From the human T2T-CHM13v2.0 reference genome, Homo sapiens: a stretch of DNA of 64,000 nt. Below the pieces are notes generated by a model. It ran no database searches. It was given only the letters and a program-made list of their open reading frames with translations, and was not told the origin of the DNA. The stretch lies in NCBI RefSeq assembly GCF_009914755.1, contig NC_060927.1; one strand, written 5' to 3'. Position 1 is the stretch's first letter. Each line of letters begins with the position of its first letter. Made by a program: the position numbers and the translations under genes. Positions 41,441-54,760 of this stretch are shown in pieces.

Positions 41441-42545
41441 ACATTATACATAAAGTAATGAGTGAGTGACCAAAAATAAATATGTGCATATGTGTGTCTG
41501 TGTGATACCATTTTTTTTCTTCCAAGGATATGATAGCAAGAAAAATTAACGAGGTAAATTGAAAGCAGATCAAGGCTGAAAGATGGTAGAATAAATGGTA
41601 TTACTTTAGAGGTCAATATTCAAGTAAAAAATAGCACACATAAAGGCTTAAGAGATAAAAATTTCATGTATATGTAGTATCAACATATTTCACCTCAGCA
41701 AAGCAATAATACTTTGCTAAAAGCTACTCTTTAATAGCACCAAGTTATCCTGTCCCAAGAGGAATAACAGCCCCATGTGGAGATGGAACCCTATAATAAT
41801 ACATCAACCTGTTTTGACTTTACTTGGATTTATGGAATTATATTTATGGTAAAAAGATACATTTGAAAATAAAACAATATGTGCTTTTATTCATGATCTT
41901 GGAAGAGATATTTGCTATTATGGAGAAAGTTTTCAAGCAGGCACATACAAAATTAATATTAATGCCTAAAAATATTTTGTGCTAACAAATTATCTGAGAA
42001 GGGTTATGCATGCATGGAAGATATTTCACAGGTATGTTGGTAGAAATTGCCATGGTGATTATAAGAATCATAACTATGGAAGGACTTTTGCCTTCTATGA
42101 TCACATTCATAGACCTTTATTTCAGACAATTACTTCAGATTATTGAGTTTTTACGTTCTTATATAGGCCAATTATAATGTAGGAACTTAAGAATATCAAA
42201 TATGATTTCATTATATTAAACATATTGGCAAAAATATGAACATATACTTTCTGACACATCTGGAACTCATCCAAGCTGTCACCTTCATTCTTATTCATGA
42301 TTTGAAATGATATGAAGGGATAAATGGAAGGAAAATCTAATTCACATTGGAAAGGAAGACGAGAAACTTAAATGACAACTAAAATAGATTTACAGCAAAA
42401 TATTCAGTAAATGAAACAAATGTATATAAAATCATAAAGAAATATTTAGAATATATGGTAGCATGCTTAAAATGTTTATATATAGTGTTTATATATTTAA
42501 TATTTACACATTCATTATTTGATGTTCAAATAACCTAAAAGAATA

Positions 42546-42928
<383 letters not shown>

Positions 42929-43329
42929 TCATTTTATGACTACCATGAAGATCATTAGGACTTTGGCTTTATTCAGTCCTGGGTCAATTGCCGAAGTATA
43001 AAAGATCTGAATTTGTTTCATATTTTTTTTCCAAAAGCTTTTTTATCTTTCTGTAATTTACATCCTCCTAAATGTTTTTCTTCTGTATCCTAAAAGCAAG
43101 GTAGCTTGATTTCAGTTTGTTGTTAATATATTTCTGCTAAGCTTAGTATGTCCTCCAGGATAGTTGCAACTTGAATAAGATTTTATATTATACAAAGTTT
43201 TGTCTGTATACACTATTATAAAATACTATAATAAAAAAGCATTTTGAAAATAAAATCAAGTAAATAATAATCTCCACATAGTAGGCCAACAGTTGTTTTT
43301 GTAATTTGTATTACCCTTTAGTCTTTGAC

Positions 43330-43930
43330 TATACACATACATGATGTTCATACAATTTTGAACTTTATTTTCTTTTTCTTGTTTTATAGTAAGTTGTAAG
43401 ATTTTCACATATTGGATTATTTTCCACTATTTTGGTAAGTTTTAAAAAACACCAAATAATGGCAAATAAAATACCAGAGATGAAAAGTTTTGTTTCGCTT
43501 TTTCATTTTTGAACTGATTCAAAAATGGTCTTAAGAAATCCATGTGTAGAAACAGTTTTTAAAATCTTCGGAATTACTGTCACACTGCTTTTCAAAAGCT
43601 TTGCACCAATTTACAATGCTATTAGTTAAGGTAGAAATACACTAGTTTTACTCAACATCATTAGCATCAGGTATTGTGTTTGTTAATTTAATAGGTTTTA
43701 AATTTACCTTTTTATTGTTTTAATTTGCAAGTCTTTTGATTACTACAGAGTGTGTTCATGTTAGCAGATGCTTATTTTCCACCTGGATTTTTTTTTTAAT
43801 GAATTGTCTACTCTTGTCAGTCACTTTTCTACTGTTATCTTAACACTATCATAACTTTGAATATGTATTTTGTGTTTAAGACAACATCTATTTTTTAATG
43901 TTTTAGACATTTCATCTACTTCTCATTTTC
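43330..43930 (-). mobile_element. old L1ME fragment
   Basis: CTGCTTTTCAAAAGCTTTGCACCAATTTACA..ATTGTTTTAATTTGCA..TTTGATTACTA..GAATTGTCT. Confidence 0.6.
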
Positions 43931-45490
43931 TATATTGGTTAAATTTGTTTGTACAAACTAGATGAGATTCCCAGTGACTTTAATTTTTTTTTTTTTTTTT
44001 GACCATGGCAGTGCAGGCACTGAGTGACATTTTGAAGACAGCTGAATCTTTCTGGCACTGTCCAAAGAATACCAAACAGGCAGCAACCTGATATGCTTCT
44101 TTAGCATCAATAACATCATAGATTTCAGTAATGGGCTCTTCTATGCAGGTTTATAGACATGCTGACTCCTGAAAATAAAATTCATTCAAATAAAAATGCC
44201 TATTTAATAAAGGCACTGAGATAATGTATCAAAAATAGCTAGTTTAAAGAACTGAGAAGGAAAGTCATGGTAAAGTTGTAAAATGTATAGTTTCTCTAAT
44301 TGGGATAAAGTCAGGAAAAGATGAGTAATATTTTAATGCTGGGAGAATGTAATCAAAATATAAAGAAAATAACTATAAATAATCAGATGACCTGAAGAAA
44401 AATTAAGACAAATATCAAGCATTTTATAATCAGCTCATATACATTATGCATACAAGAGAGCAGCTATTATTGACATTTTGTTTGAGTGATTTTCTAAACT
44501 TTTTTAATGGATAGAGAGGAAAGCAGAGATCTAGTAACTCAAAGTTCACAGAGCAAGTTAGTGAGTCAACATCTAGCTCATAAGTATAGTATTTTTGTTT
44601 GCTTTCAACTTCAGTTCCAAGTCTTCCCTCAAATTATCCACAATATTTCAGAAGGCATAATGGAAAATAAAGTAAGTATATGGGACAGATGCAAAGAGTC
44701 TGAGAGAAATAGCAAGCAAATAAAAAAGAAACGATAAACAGTGAGAAACATTCTTGCAGTGGTTTCAATGCTTTGGTTAATTAGAGAATTGAGTTCAGTG
44801 AAACCTGTTTCAGTGCACCTGGTGAATCCAACGCACATCTCAAATCTCACAGCTGGAAAAATCATCTTAATTTTACTTTTTTATTCTGCTTATCTGAAGG
44901 TAGGGTTCATCTTGGTTAATACTTTCACTAAGAATTAATTGGTGAAATTGTACTACCTTCATTGGTGCTTTTGGTTACGTGTTTCCATTTTTTTCATCTG
45001 AGATGATTATATGTAAAGTTTTATATAATAAATACACTATTTGCAAGTTCTCCTTGAAGACTTCATGGGACATCTGACTAACTTAGAGTTAGCACAATTC
45101 CAGGCTTAAACCGACTTGATGTCTAACTTACTTGCTAATGACTCTGTAATATTAATAAACATTTTTTTCCATCCTCTAAATTCTTCCTTCTGTTTTTCAG
45201 TATTCTTTCACTCTACTTTTTTTCTTCTCAGGAACTCTAAGTTTTCTGGTTGAATTTGTATTTAATCTCTGGTAAAATTATCAGCATCCTAGAAGATATT
45301 TTTCAAAACAATATTTTTCTATGTTTTAGTTTTACTTCAACCACCCCAAAGCTGATTCTGCTTTCAGATACCTGGACTTAGATGGAGTTAAGATTCAGGG
45401 AACTAGGATAGAACTGAGAAGCTCAAAAAGGGAAAAAAATGAAGTGGTTGTAAAAAGGAACACCACCTTGGGTAATCTTTTGAAGTCAGC

Positions 45491-45564
45491 AGAGAGAGAG
45501 AGAGAGAGAGAAAGGAGAAAGAGAGAAAAAGGAGAAAGAGAGAGAGGGGAAAAAAGAGAGAGAA
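45491..45564. repeat. (GA)n / GA-rich polypurine tract
   Basis: Read directly. Confidence 0.9.
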
Positions 45565-46540
45565 AAATACTTTCTAATTGCTAGGACTTAATGGTTTATC
45601 CCCAAATGCAAATACCGTAAAGACATTTTAGTTCCATCTTCATATTCTCTCCTGATATTTTCAATGAATTCAGTAAGTTGAAGAGTATTTATGTAAACCT
45701 AAAGTAGATATATGGCTGTTTTCATGACAAAATCATCACCTATTTTGGCTTGTGAGAAAATTTGGCAATTCCAATGGTTAAGATAATAGATTCAAATTAG
45801 ATCCTGATGTTGAAAGTCTAGATCTTAGATCCTAGGGAATATGATATCAAGAAATGTTAGGTAACAATTCCAAAATAAACGTGAACACATAAGAAAAAAA
45901 GAAACATCTCATATCTGTCACATAGAATAAGCCAAAATAGAAAAAGAAAGATAAAAGAGTAGAAATAATACAAAATATGAGGAAAAGCACAAAAAGAAGC
46001 AAAGTAATTTTAAGTAGCTGAACGTTACAACCCAAGAAATTTTAAGAGAATATGGTGGTGAAAAGAAAGATTTAATATACTTAAGTGTTTGCTGTTTCAC
46101 AAACTAGAAAAATAAATTAGCTACAACTCAAATAGCCCTTATTTGTTCTCTTTCCTTTGAAAGTAACACTTTTGCCTGGGGCTCTAAAACCTCCAGAATT
46201 TACTTAGAGTAGGTATCAGTGACTGTTTTTGGTTGCTTGGTCAGGTCAAAAAGGTGAAAGAGAATAGTTAACGGGCAATTCAGATGTCTGCCAGTTCGGG
46301 GTCACAGATTTGTTTTTATTTTAACATCTCTCAACTAGATGCTGAAAATTCGGTATGAGACAGATGATATGTAGAAAGTAATTAGCACCTTCAAGCAAAC
46401 ATGGATTAGGGGGCAACCTTGATGTTGGCATGAGGAAACTGGACCCTAGTAAAAGGTACATTGAAGGAAATGTACTGACGCAAAGCCCCTAGTAGATTTA
46501 CAACAGTCTTGACATGCTACTTACTGTTAATCATCCAAGC

Positions 46541-46666
46541 CAGGAGTTACTAAACTCAAAGCTATTGGCTACGTTGATAAAGACAGGGTCTTCCTGGCTG
46601 ATGCAGGAGTTACTAAACTCAAAGCTATTGGCTACGTTGATAAAGACAGGGTCTTCCTGGCTGATG
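46541..46666. repeat. perfect 63-bp tandem duplication
   Basis: CAGGAGTTACTAAACTCAAAGCTATTGGCTACGTTGATAAAGACAGGGTCTTCCTGGCTGATG at 46541-46603 and 46604-46666, identical. Confidence 0.97.
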
Positions 46667-46879
46667 TGGAAAAATGAAAGAAAGAAAAATAAAGGAAAAA
46701 CAGAACCTAGCACAGTCTTTTGAAATGAATTTGTAGCAACTAGCAGATTCTGTGGGAGAAACTAAACTAACTAGAGTAATAACAATCCCAATTCTAAGAA
46801 AATTAAGTCCTAGTTTGTTTTTTGTTTATTTATTTATTTATTTTTGAACTACTGTCTCTCTCTGTAGCACTCTCCAGCA

Positions 46880-46985
46880 TTGAATCAAATCCGCAGGAAC
46901 CTCATTTTTCTCATTTAAAAATGAAACCATTTGGACATGGTGAAGATCAAAATCCCATGGTTTTCAATGACTCTGAGATTCTCTA
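46880..46985 (+). mobile_element. MIR3-like fragment
   Basis: CCTCATTTTTCTCATTTAAAAATGA..GACTCTGAGATTCT. Confidence 0.45.
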
Positions 46986-47213
46986 CCCTATAATCCTTTC
47001 CATTGGAATAACTTACATCATGAAAATTCCTAAACTATGGAAATTTAATACTCAGATCATATTAAAGGCTCTCAGTCTCTTCCATGACACTCATGAATAA
47101 GAATAATAAATTATAAATCATACTATATACCCAACTAAGGATACATGTTAGAATTATTTATTTTCCATTTTCTTCATGTGTAAATAAACTTGCTTAACAA
47201 GTATTGTGCATAG

Positions 47214-47608
47214 CCTATGAAATATTATACAGTCATAAAAAAGAACAAAATCATGTCCTTTGCAGCTGGAGACTATTATCCTAAGTTAATTAATATAGGA
47301 ACAGAACACCAAATACAGCATGTTCTCTTTTAAAATTGGGAGCTAAACATTGGTTACTCATGTACGTAAAGATGGCAACAATCAATACTGGATACTACAA
47401 GAGTGGGGATATGAGGAGGGAGACAATGATTGAAAAGCTAACCATTGAGCACTAAGCTCACTACCTGGGTGATGGGATCATCCATATCCCAAACCTCAGC
47501 ATCAGACGAATATACCCTTGTAACAAACCTTCACATGTACTCCCTTTTTTCATTCTAAAATAAAATTGGAAATTATTTTTTTAAAAAATGCAAGTAAACA
47601 AACAGAAA
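47214..47608 (+). mobile_element. 5'-truncated L1PA15-17-like 3' end
   Basis: ATAAAAAAGAACAAAATCATGTCCTTTGCAGC..AAAGATGGCAACAAT..CCCAAACCTCAGCATC..TCTAAAATAAAA; TSD AACAAGTATTGTGCATAG (47196-47213) vs AACAAGTATGGCTCATAG (47609-47626), 15/18. Confidence 0.9.
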
Positions 47609-47816
47609 AACAAGTATGGCTCATAGAGACTTTTTAAGATTGTTTTAAATGTAGTAAAACATACTTATAATATGGCATCAGGAAAGCAAATTAAAATTGC
47701 CTTATTATGCACTTTTCTTAATTGGTTCTTTTATTTTTCAGGTGTGATAATTTGTGTAGCATATCAACTGGGCATAACAATAGCATACTATGACTTGTTA
47801 TACCTTCTTATAAACT

Positions 47817-47945
47817 CATTTATTTATTTATTCATTCATTCCATTTATTTAGTAAGCACTTACTAGGTGCTACTAACTACGCAAGGCATGGCAGAGGGTG
47901 AAGGAGGCTTAACTACAAATAAGATAATTCTTGACTTCAAGGATA
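47817..47945 (-). mobile_element. L2 3' end
   Basis: (TTCA/TTTA)n then AAGCACTTACTAGGTGC..CTTGACTTCAAGGA. Confidence 0.65.
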
Positions 47946-49029
47946 TTAGTATTTAATTAATTTTTCTATTCAAAGTATGAATCTCCCAGGGAAAACTCAA
48001 TTATTTTAGCTATTTTTTCTGGTAATGAATGTATTTCTTTATTTAAAAACAATAGAAGTGATAATGCTACTTCCACTTAGACAATATTCTTTTATATTAC
48101 TTTCACCACTCATTTTTCTCAGCAATCTCGCAGACCTATTTTATCACCAAAACGCATATATCAACAAGCTTAATGTTATTTTGACAACAAAGAAACCACA
48201 TATACTTCCCCCTTCATTGATCAATTGTTAGGAGTGGAAATGCTGGTAAGATGCACATCATAAAAATAATAAATAATACATTTTAATGTCTGAGCCAAAG
48301 ACATTTGGATGGACAAGTGAAAAATATATATATATTAAAATAAGGAGGTGATAGCATGCCTATGAGAAATAGAAAATTAAGGAACAAAGAATAAGAGGCA
48401 ATTGCAAAGCAAGGGGAATATTTAAAAATAATAATAACATAACACGGGTTTTACTTGTTTAGGAAAGATGCTAGAGAACTACTGTAGTATCTATTAGTAA
48501 CAAGAGATGAAGCAACTTGATGAATGTTGCTCTGGGCCCTAGTTCATCCACGGAGGTCATGGAGGCGTATTGCTGATATGGGAGGGATAAAAACATCGGG
48601 GAAAATAAGTACAGCACCAGTAGTGACGGACTGAATCTGATTACAGAATCTATATTTCTATCATTCTCTAACTTACTTATTGGACTGTGGCTATAATTAT
48701 CTCGGTTAACATCACTGAGTTATTAATTTAATTTTATATGAAAGAAAAAATTGTAAAAGACAATAAAATACATTTTGATGACATAGACTTTCAATAAATC
48801 TGTTTTATTTAAAAATGTAAAGAATCAGTAAATATTATTTTGTTTTCCTTGGACAGAGGTTCTACAAAAGCCAGAGGCTCTCTGGGTGACTGTTCTAAGC
48901 CTTGAATTGCCTAATCATGAATATCCCAGACATTTCAGAGGAATTTAATTAGGAAGGGCTACGAATCCAGGGGGAGTAATGAGCTATAATTTTCACAAAG
49001 AAAAACATCAGGTCCAGGCCTTTAATTTT

Positions 49030-52000
49030 CTGTAGATTCTTCATATCTTCATAGGTTTGATTTCCCATGAGTTTTAGGAGTTATTTATTGGTGCTTTCAA
49101 ATTTTCCTCCTCTTATTGATTTCTAGTTTCCTAACGTTGTCATCAAAAAATATACTTGAAATGATTTAAATCCTCTTAAATTTGTTAAGATTTGGTTTTT
49201 GGCTTAACATATGACCTATCCTGGAGAATATTCCATGTTTCCTTGAAAACAGGATGTATTCTGCTATGGAATGTTTTGTGTAAAACTGTTAGGTTCATTT
49301 GTTCTACAGTACGATTTAAATCTGCTGTTTTTATTTTTGATTTCCTTTCTGGATGACCTTTCCATTGTTGAAAGTGAGTTAGGGCCTTTATATAACTGCA
49401 TTGCTGTCTACGTCTCCTTCAGTTCTGTTAATATTTCTTTATGTATTTAGGTGTTCCAATGATGGGTGCATATATATTTAAAATTGTTATATAACCTCTT
49501 GATGAATTGATCCCTTTATCATTATAGAGTGATCATCTTAGTCTCTTGTGACTGCTTTTGACTTAAAATCTTTTTTTCTGATATAAAAATGGCTACTTCT
49601 GTTCTCTTTGGGTTACTGTTTGAATGACATGTCTTTTTCTATCACTTTACTTTTAGCCTATATGTGTTCTTCAGGTTAAAATGAGTCACTTGTAGGCAGC
49701 ATATAGTTGAGTCTTGTTTTTTTTAAATTCAGTTATTCACTCTATGCCTTTTGATTGAAAAATTATTCCCTTTACATTCAAGGTAATTATTGATAGGTAA
49801 GGAATTACTACTGCCGTTTTGCTAATTGTGTTCTTACTATTTTGAAGTCTCTGTTCACTTTTTCCTTTCTTGCCCTCTTCCTTTAAAATATTATGATTTT
49901 TTTGTAGCAGAATGCTTCAATTTATTTCTCTTTATGTTTTGTGAATCTACTATAGGTCTTTTCTTTGTGGTTACCATGAGGCATACATAAAACATTTTAT
50001 AGTTCTCAGTCCATTTTAAACTTATAACAACTTAACTTCAACCACATACATAATCTCCTCACTGTATTGATTCCAACCGACACTTTACAGACCTCAATTC
50101 ATCATTTCTTTGACACATGTCAATTACTATGTAAAAAGTCAAACACAATGTCAAAGTACTTCAACTCTCCCCACATTTTATGTTACTGATGTCACAATTT
50201 ACATATTTATACATCATGAATCTATTAGAAATTTATTATAGCTAGAATTACTTTTAATACTTTTATCTTTCAACTTTTATACTAGAATTAAAAGTGATTT
50301 AAGCACCACCATTACAATACGAGTATTCTGAACCTTACCATAGTTTTTATCTTTACAGTCACTTTATACTTTCGTATGTTTTTATATTTTTAGTTAACAT
50401 CCTTTCATTTCAACTTGAAAAGCTTTCTTTTAGCATGTTTTTTAAAGCAGGACCAATGTTTATAAACTACCACAGCTTTTGTTTTTCTAGGAAAGTCTTT
50501 ATCTCTTTTTAATTTCTAAAAGAAAGCTTTACCACGTATGGTATTCTAGTTTGGCAAGGATTTGTTTGTTTGTTTGTTTTTTAGGTAATTTGAATACATT
50601 ATCCAGTTCCCTGCTGGCCTGCCTGCAAGGTTTCTGTTGAGAAGTCTCCCTATAGTCTCATGAACATTCTTTTATATATGATGAGTAGCTCTTATCCTTC
50701 TGCTTTAAAAATTCTCTTTTACTTTTGAGAATTTGATTATATTGTGGTTTGGTGAAGATTTCTTTATATTTAATCTATTTGGGGCTAGTGTCTTCATGGA
50801 TCTGGATGTGCGTTTTCCTCCCCAGATTTGAGAAGTTTTTGTTTTTAATTATTTAAATAACCTTTCTACCCCTTTATCTTTCTCTGCTCCTTTTGGGACT
50901 CCTCTAATATGTTCATTCATCCACTTGATGCTGTCCTATAGTTGTGTTGGGTTTCTTCACTTTTTTTGTTGTTGTTGTTACTCTGCATGACTAATTTAAA
51001 TGACCTTTGAGCTTGCTGATTCTTTCTTCAGCTTGGTCAAGTCTGCTGTTGAAGCTGTCTATGACGTTTTTCAGTTCTGTCACTGTGTTATTTAGCTCCA
51101 GAATTTTTGTTTGATCCTTTTTTATGATTTTTATCTCTTTGTTGAAATTTTAATTTTGTTTGTGTGTTTTTTCTGATTTTGTGTATTTGTCTATGTGTTC
51201 TCTTGTAGCTCACTGAGTTACTTTAAAATAATTATTTTCAATTTTTCATCAGGTTATTCATAGATATCTTTCTTTAGGGTCATTTATTAGTGCTTTATTT
51301 TGTTTGTTTGGTGGTGACATTTTCCCCTGGTTATTCATTGTCCTGTGGCCTTGCATTGATGTCTGCACATTTTAAGAAGCAGGCAACTCATTCAGTTTTA
51401 TTACTAACTGGCTTCAGTAGAGAAAGCCCTTTACCATTCAGCTAATTCAGATATTCTGGGTGAGCCCATGTTTCAGAGGTCACAGTTAGGTTTAGTGTTG
51501 GAGTCCTCAGGTGAACCAGCATAGTCCCTGTGTTAGCAGGTTGACAGGCCTGATGCCTGAGTTTACTGAAGTGGACCTGCAGCATGGGTTTATGTGGCCA
51601 GGCCTAGTGATTGAGTCTGTAGTGGTGGGCCCAGATTTTAGATACACAGGGGATAGCCGGATGCTGGTTTCCACTGGGGAGAGCCTGCAAAATGTGTCCC
51701 TGGGGGCAGGTCTGGAGGCTATGTTCACCAGGAGGGTACTTGCAGCCTGCATTTGTGGAGGCCAGCCTGAAGCCTGGGTACACAGGGTCCCACCAGTGCT
51801 GGGGTGGCTTCTGAGCCTGAGTCCAAGGGAGCTGGCTTACTGTTCATTCAGACCTGGTAGTTAGGTCTATGAAGATGGGCTTGGTTGTGTGTTTGCAAGG
51901 GCTGGTCTGGAGCTTGGGCCTGTAGGGTGGCCTTGTGCCTGGGACTTTTGGGTCAGTACTGGACATTGGGTCCATGGGAGTCAGCCTGGTGCTGGGGTCT

Positions 52001-52562
52001 CCTAGGGAATACCTGAACCCTAATTCAGCTAGAGCAGGCCTGACTTTGTGTCTGCTAAAGCTTGAAGCCATGGGGGCTGGTCTGGAGCCTGAAGCTATAG
52101 GGGCCAGCCTGGTGCCTGGGCTGAGGGTGCTGGCTTGGTGCTGGGGGCTGGCCTGGAGCCTCAGTCTGTGGGGATTATCCTAGGCCCTGGGGCCTAGGGG
52201 GTAGTCTGGGCCTAGGGGCTTACTGGGTTTTACCCAGTTTACTGGGGCTGCCCTGATGTTGGGGACTGCAGTGAAGTCAGGTGCTTACTTTATTCACCTT
52301 CTTCCACATGAAGGGCATATCTCTCCATGCTTTCTGCCCTGGCTTGGGAGCAGAATGACATGGGTAATGTACAATTGTTCTTCTTACCCTCTTTAATGCA
52401 TGCCTTCATGTTTCTGTGCTCTAACCCAGTGCTGTAATCTCTCATCTGGATTCCTTCATTCTTAAGAAGGTATTTCACATTTGGATAGTTGTTAAAATTG
52501 ATGTTTCTTTGAGGGAATAAACAATGGACTATCCTGTCACATCACTGCTGATGTCACTCTCC
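49030..52562 (-). mobile_element. L1M (L1M2-4-like) 5' half: 5'UTR, ORF1, inter-ORF and endonuclease region, decayed
   Basis: CTATCCTGGAGAATATTCCATGT, CTTGTAGGCAGCATATAGTTG, GCCTGCAAGGTTTCTGTTGAGAAGTCT, GC-rich CTGGAGCC-repeat 5'UTR (51480-52280), terminus CTGCTGATGTCACTCTCC. Confidence 0.88.
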
Positions 52563-52775
52563 AGAAAATTATCATTTTAAATAGTCTTTCACATCTCTAT
52601 ATTAACATGAACTCAAAATGGTAAAATATGGACAATTTTGATTCTGTATTAATCACAGAGCAGGAAGAGAACTTAGACATTATGCATTTCAATTTTTTTT
52701 TTTTGCATTTCAATTTTCTACTTTCTTCTTCAATATATTTAGATGAACATCAACTGATACTCACTTTTATTATGG

Positions 52776-53045
52776 ACAGTATAAAATAATGGTTAGCAAT
52801 GTAGGCTATGGCTTTGTGGTGATTCCTACCTTTGCTAACTTGTTCAACCTTAGATAACTTATTACTTTACTTTTGAAATATTAGACAAATAACTTATTTA
52901 ATGTATTTTCCTCATCATTTCCTTATTTATAAAATGGAGCTTATAATAGTACCTACCTCACTGCTCAATAAGACATTAAATGAGTAAAGCTCTTAAAACC
53001 ATGTCTGACTTATGGTTAATTCTCCAAAATTTTTAGCCATTATTA
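52776..53045 (+). mobile_element. MIR
   Basis: TTTCCTTATTTATAAAATGGAGCTTATAATAGTACCTACCTCA..ATTAAATGAG. Confidence 0.75.
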
Positions 53046-53505
53046 AAAATGTACCTTGTAAATTCACAAGGTAACCCAGTATTTTGTTGAATACTTTTTC
53101 ATATGGGAAACTATTCTATATATTGTGTCAAACCTGCCTGACTGGTACTTTGGTCCCATTTATATTTTCAAAGGAAGAAATCTAGTGTTTTTTTATTTTT
53201 TAACCTTATCATGCATAAGTAGAAAGCAGTACTCATGTCCACTCTCTTTTGTGTGTGTAGGGTGAAACAAATCTAGTTCTTTATTATTTTTTGAAATTCT
53301 TTAGCATTCTCTCTGCCTTCCTCTGTTTAAGTCCAACTCACCAATATTCTTTAAACATAACATTAGGAAACAATATGGAAACATATACCCATTTATCAGC
53401 ATTTTATATTAGAAACCCTGTCTACCTTGATCTACATCTGCTTAAGATTGCATTGGTTGTTTAAATACACATCATATTTTTAAAATTTTTATTTACTCAT
53501 AAAAT

Positions 53506-53705
53506 CAGAAAATAGAATATCAGAATTAGAAAAGACTTTAGACAGAAAATTATTCAAATCCCATTTTTACCAATGAAGAAATAACAACAGGACTAAAGAG
53601 GGGAAATTATTTTAGTACAGTTATTGAGCTCATTTTCCTAGTCTTGGTGGAGCCAGGACCAGGTCCTCAAGTCCAAAATCTGCAGGTCAGTATCTTTACC
53701 TCAGT
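53506..53705 (-). mobile_element. MIR3/MIRc-like
   Basis: ATAGAATATCAGAATTAGAAAAGACTTTAGA..CCCATTTTTACCAATGAAGAAA. Confidence 0.6.
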
Positions 53706-54412
53706 GCCAAATTTAATCAAGTGCTAGTCTTCTTGTTGAGAGGCTCTAAAATTATACACAGTTGCCACAGGAAAGAGCACTATTGAGAGGTGACAGCGTG
53801 CTGGCAGCCCTCACTCGCTCTCGGCACCTCCTCCGCTGGCTCCCTCAGCTTGCAGGGAGGTGTGGAGGGAGAGGCGTGGGCGGAAACCAGGGCTGTATGC
53901 GTGCTCTAGGACCATCACGAGTTCCAGGTGGACATGGGCTCAGCAGGCCCCACATTCGGAGCAGCCAGCCGGCACCTCCAGCCCCAGGCAGTGAGGGGCT
54001 TAGCACCTGGGTCAGCAACTGTGGAGGCTGCGCTGGGTCCCCCAGCACTGCCAGCCCGCCCACACCACACTTGAATTCTCTCCTGGTCTCAGCTGCCTCC
54101 CTGTGGGGCAGGGCTCAGGACCTGCAGCCTGCCATGCCCAAGCCCCCCGCGGTGGGCTCCCATGTGGATCAAGCCCACCCAAGGGCTGAGTAGTGCAGGT
54201 GCGGCACAGGACTGGCAGGCAGCTCCACCCGTAACCCTGGCATTGGATCCACTAGGTGAAGCCTAGTGGGCTCCTGAGTCGGGTGGGGACTTGGAGAACT
54301 TTTATGTGTAGCCAGAGAATTGTATATGCACCAGTCAGCACTCTGTGTCTAGCTCAAGGTTTGTAAACACACCACTCAGCACCCTGTGTCTAGCTCAAGG
54401 TTTGTAAATGCA

Positions 54413-54675
54413 CCAATCAGCACTCTGTGTCTAGTTAACCTGGTGAGGACTTGAAGAACTTTTATGTCTAGCTAGAGGATTGTAAATGCACCAATCAGCA
54501 CTCTGTGTCTAGCTCAGGGATTGTAAATGCACCAATCAGCACCTTGTCAAAACGGACCAATCAGCTCTCTGTAAAACGGACCAATCAGCTCTCTGTAAAA
54601 TGGACCAATCAGCTCTCTGTAAAATGGACCAATCAGCAGGATGTGGGGGTGGAGGGGACAGCTAAGGGAATAAAA
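54413..54675 (+). promoter_or_regulatory. LTR12 U3 enhancer/promoter: seven CCAAT boxes and AATAAAA TATA-like box
   Basis: CCAAT at 54413, 54491, 54532, 54557, 54581, 54605, 54629; AATAAAA at 54669-54675; ERV9 LTR promoters are known to be NF-Y dependent; activity at this copy not shown. Confidence 0.6.
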
Positions 54676-54754
54676 GCAGGCTGCCCCAGCCAGCAGCTGC
54701 AACCCACTCAGGTCCCCTTCTGCACCGTGGAAGCTTTGTTCTTTTGCTCTTTGC

Positions 54755-54760
54755 AATAAA
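54755..54760 (+). terminator. LTR12 polyadenylation signal AATAAA
   Basis: TTGCAATAAATCTTGCT at the expected position in R. Confidence 0.6.

Noticed and set aside
46514-46723. Repeat-containing peptide (QELLNSKLLATLIKTGSSWLM x2)
   Set aside because: A consequence of the 63-bp duplication being a multiple of three; no other coding evidence
48512-48642. C/D box snoRNA (TGATGA ... CTGA)
   Set aside because: Box C lacks the preceding purine and no terminal stem joins the C and D flanks
51507-52183. Overlapping ORFs in a GC-rich block, possible CpG-island promoter
   Set aside because: The block is the CpG-depleted repetitive 5'UTR of an old L1M
53762-54193. 143-aa GC-rich ORF
   Set aside because: Lies in LTR12 U3; open by chance because of high GC
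54320-54640. Regularly spaced repeats as a CRISPR-like array
   Set aside because: They are the known ERV9/LTR12 U3 tandem repeats, with no unique spacers and no cas genes; the DNA is primate
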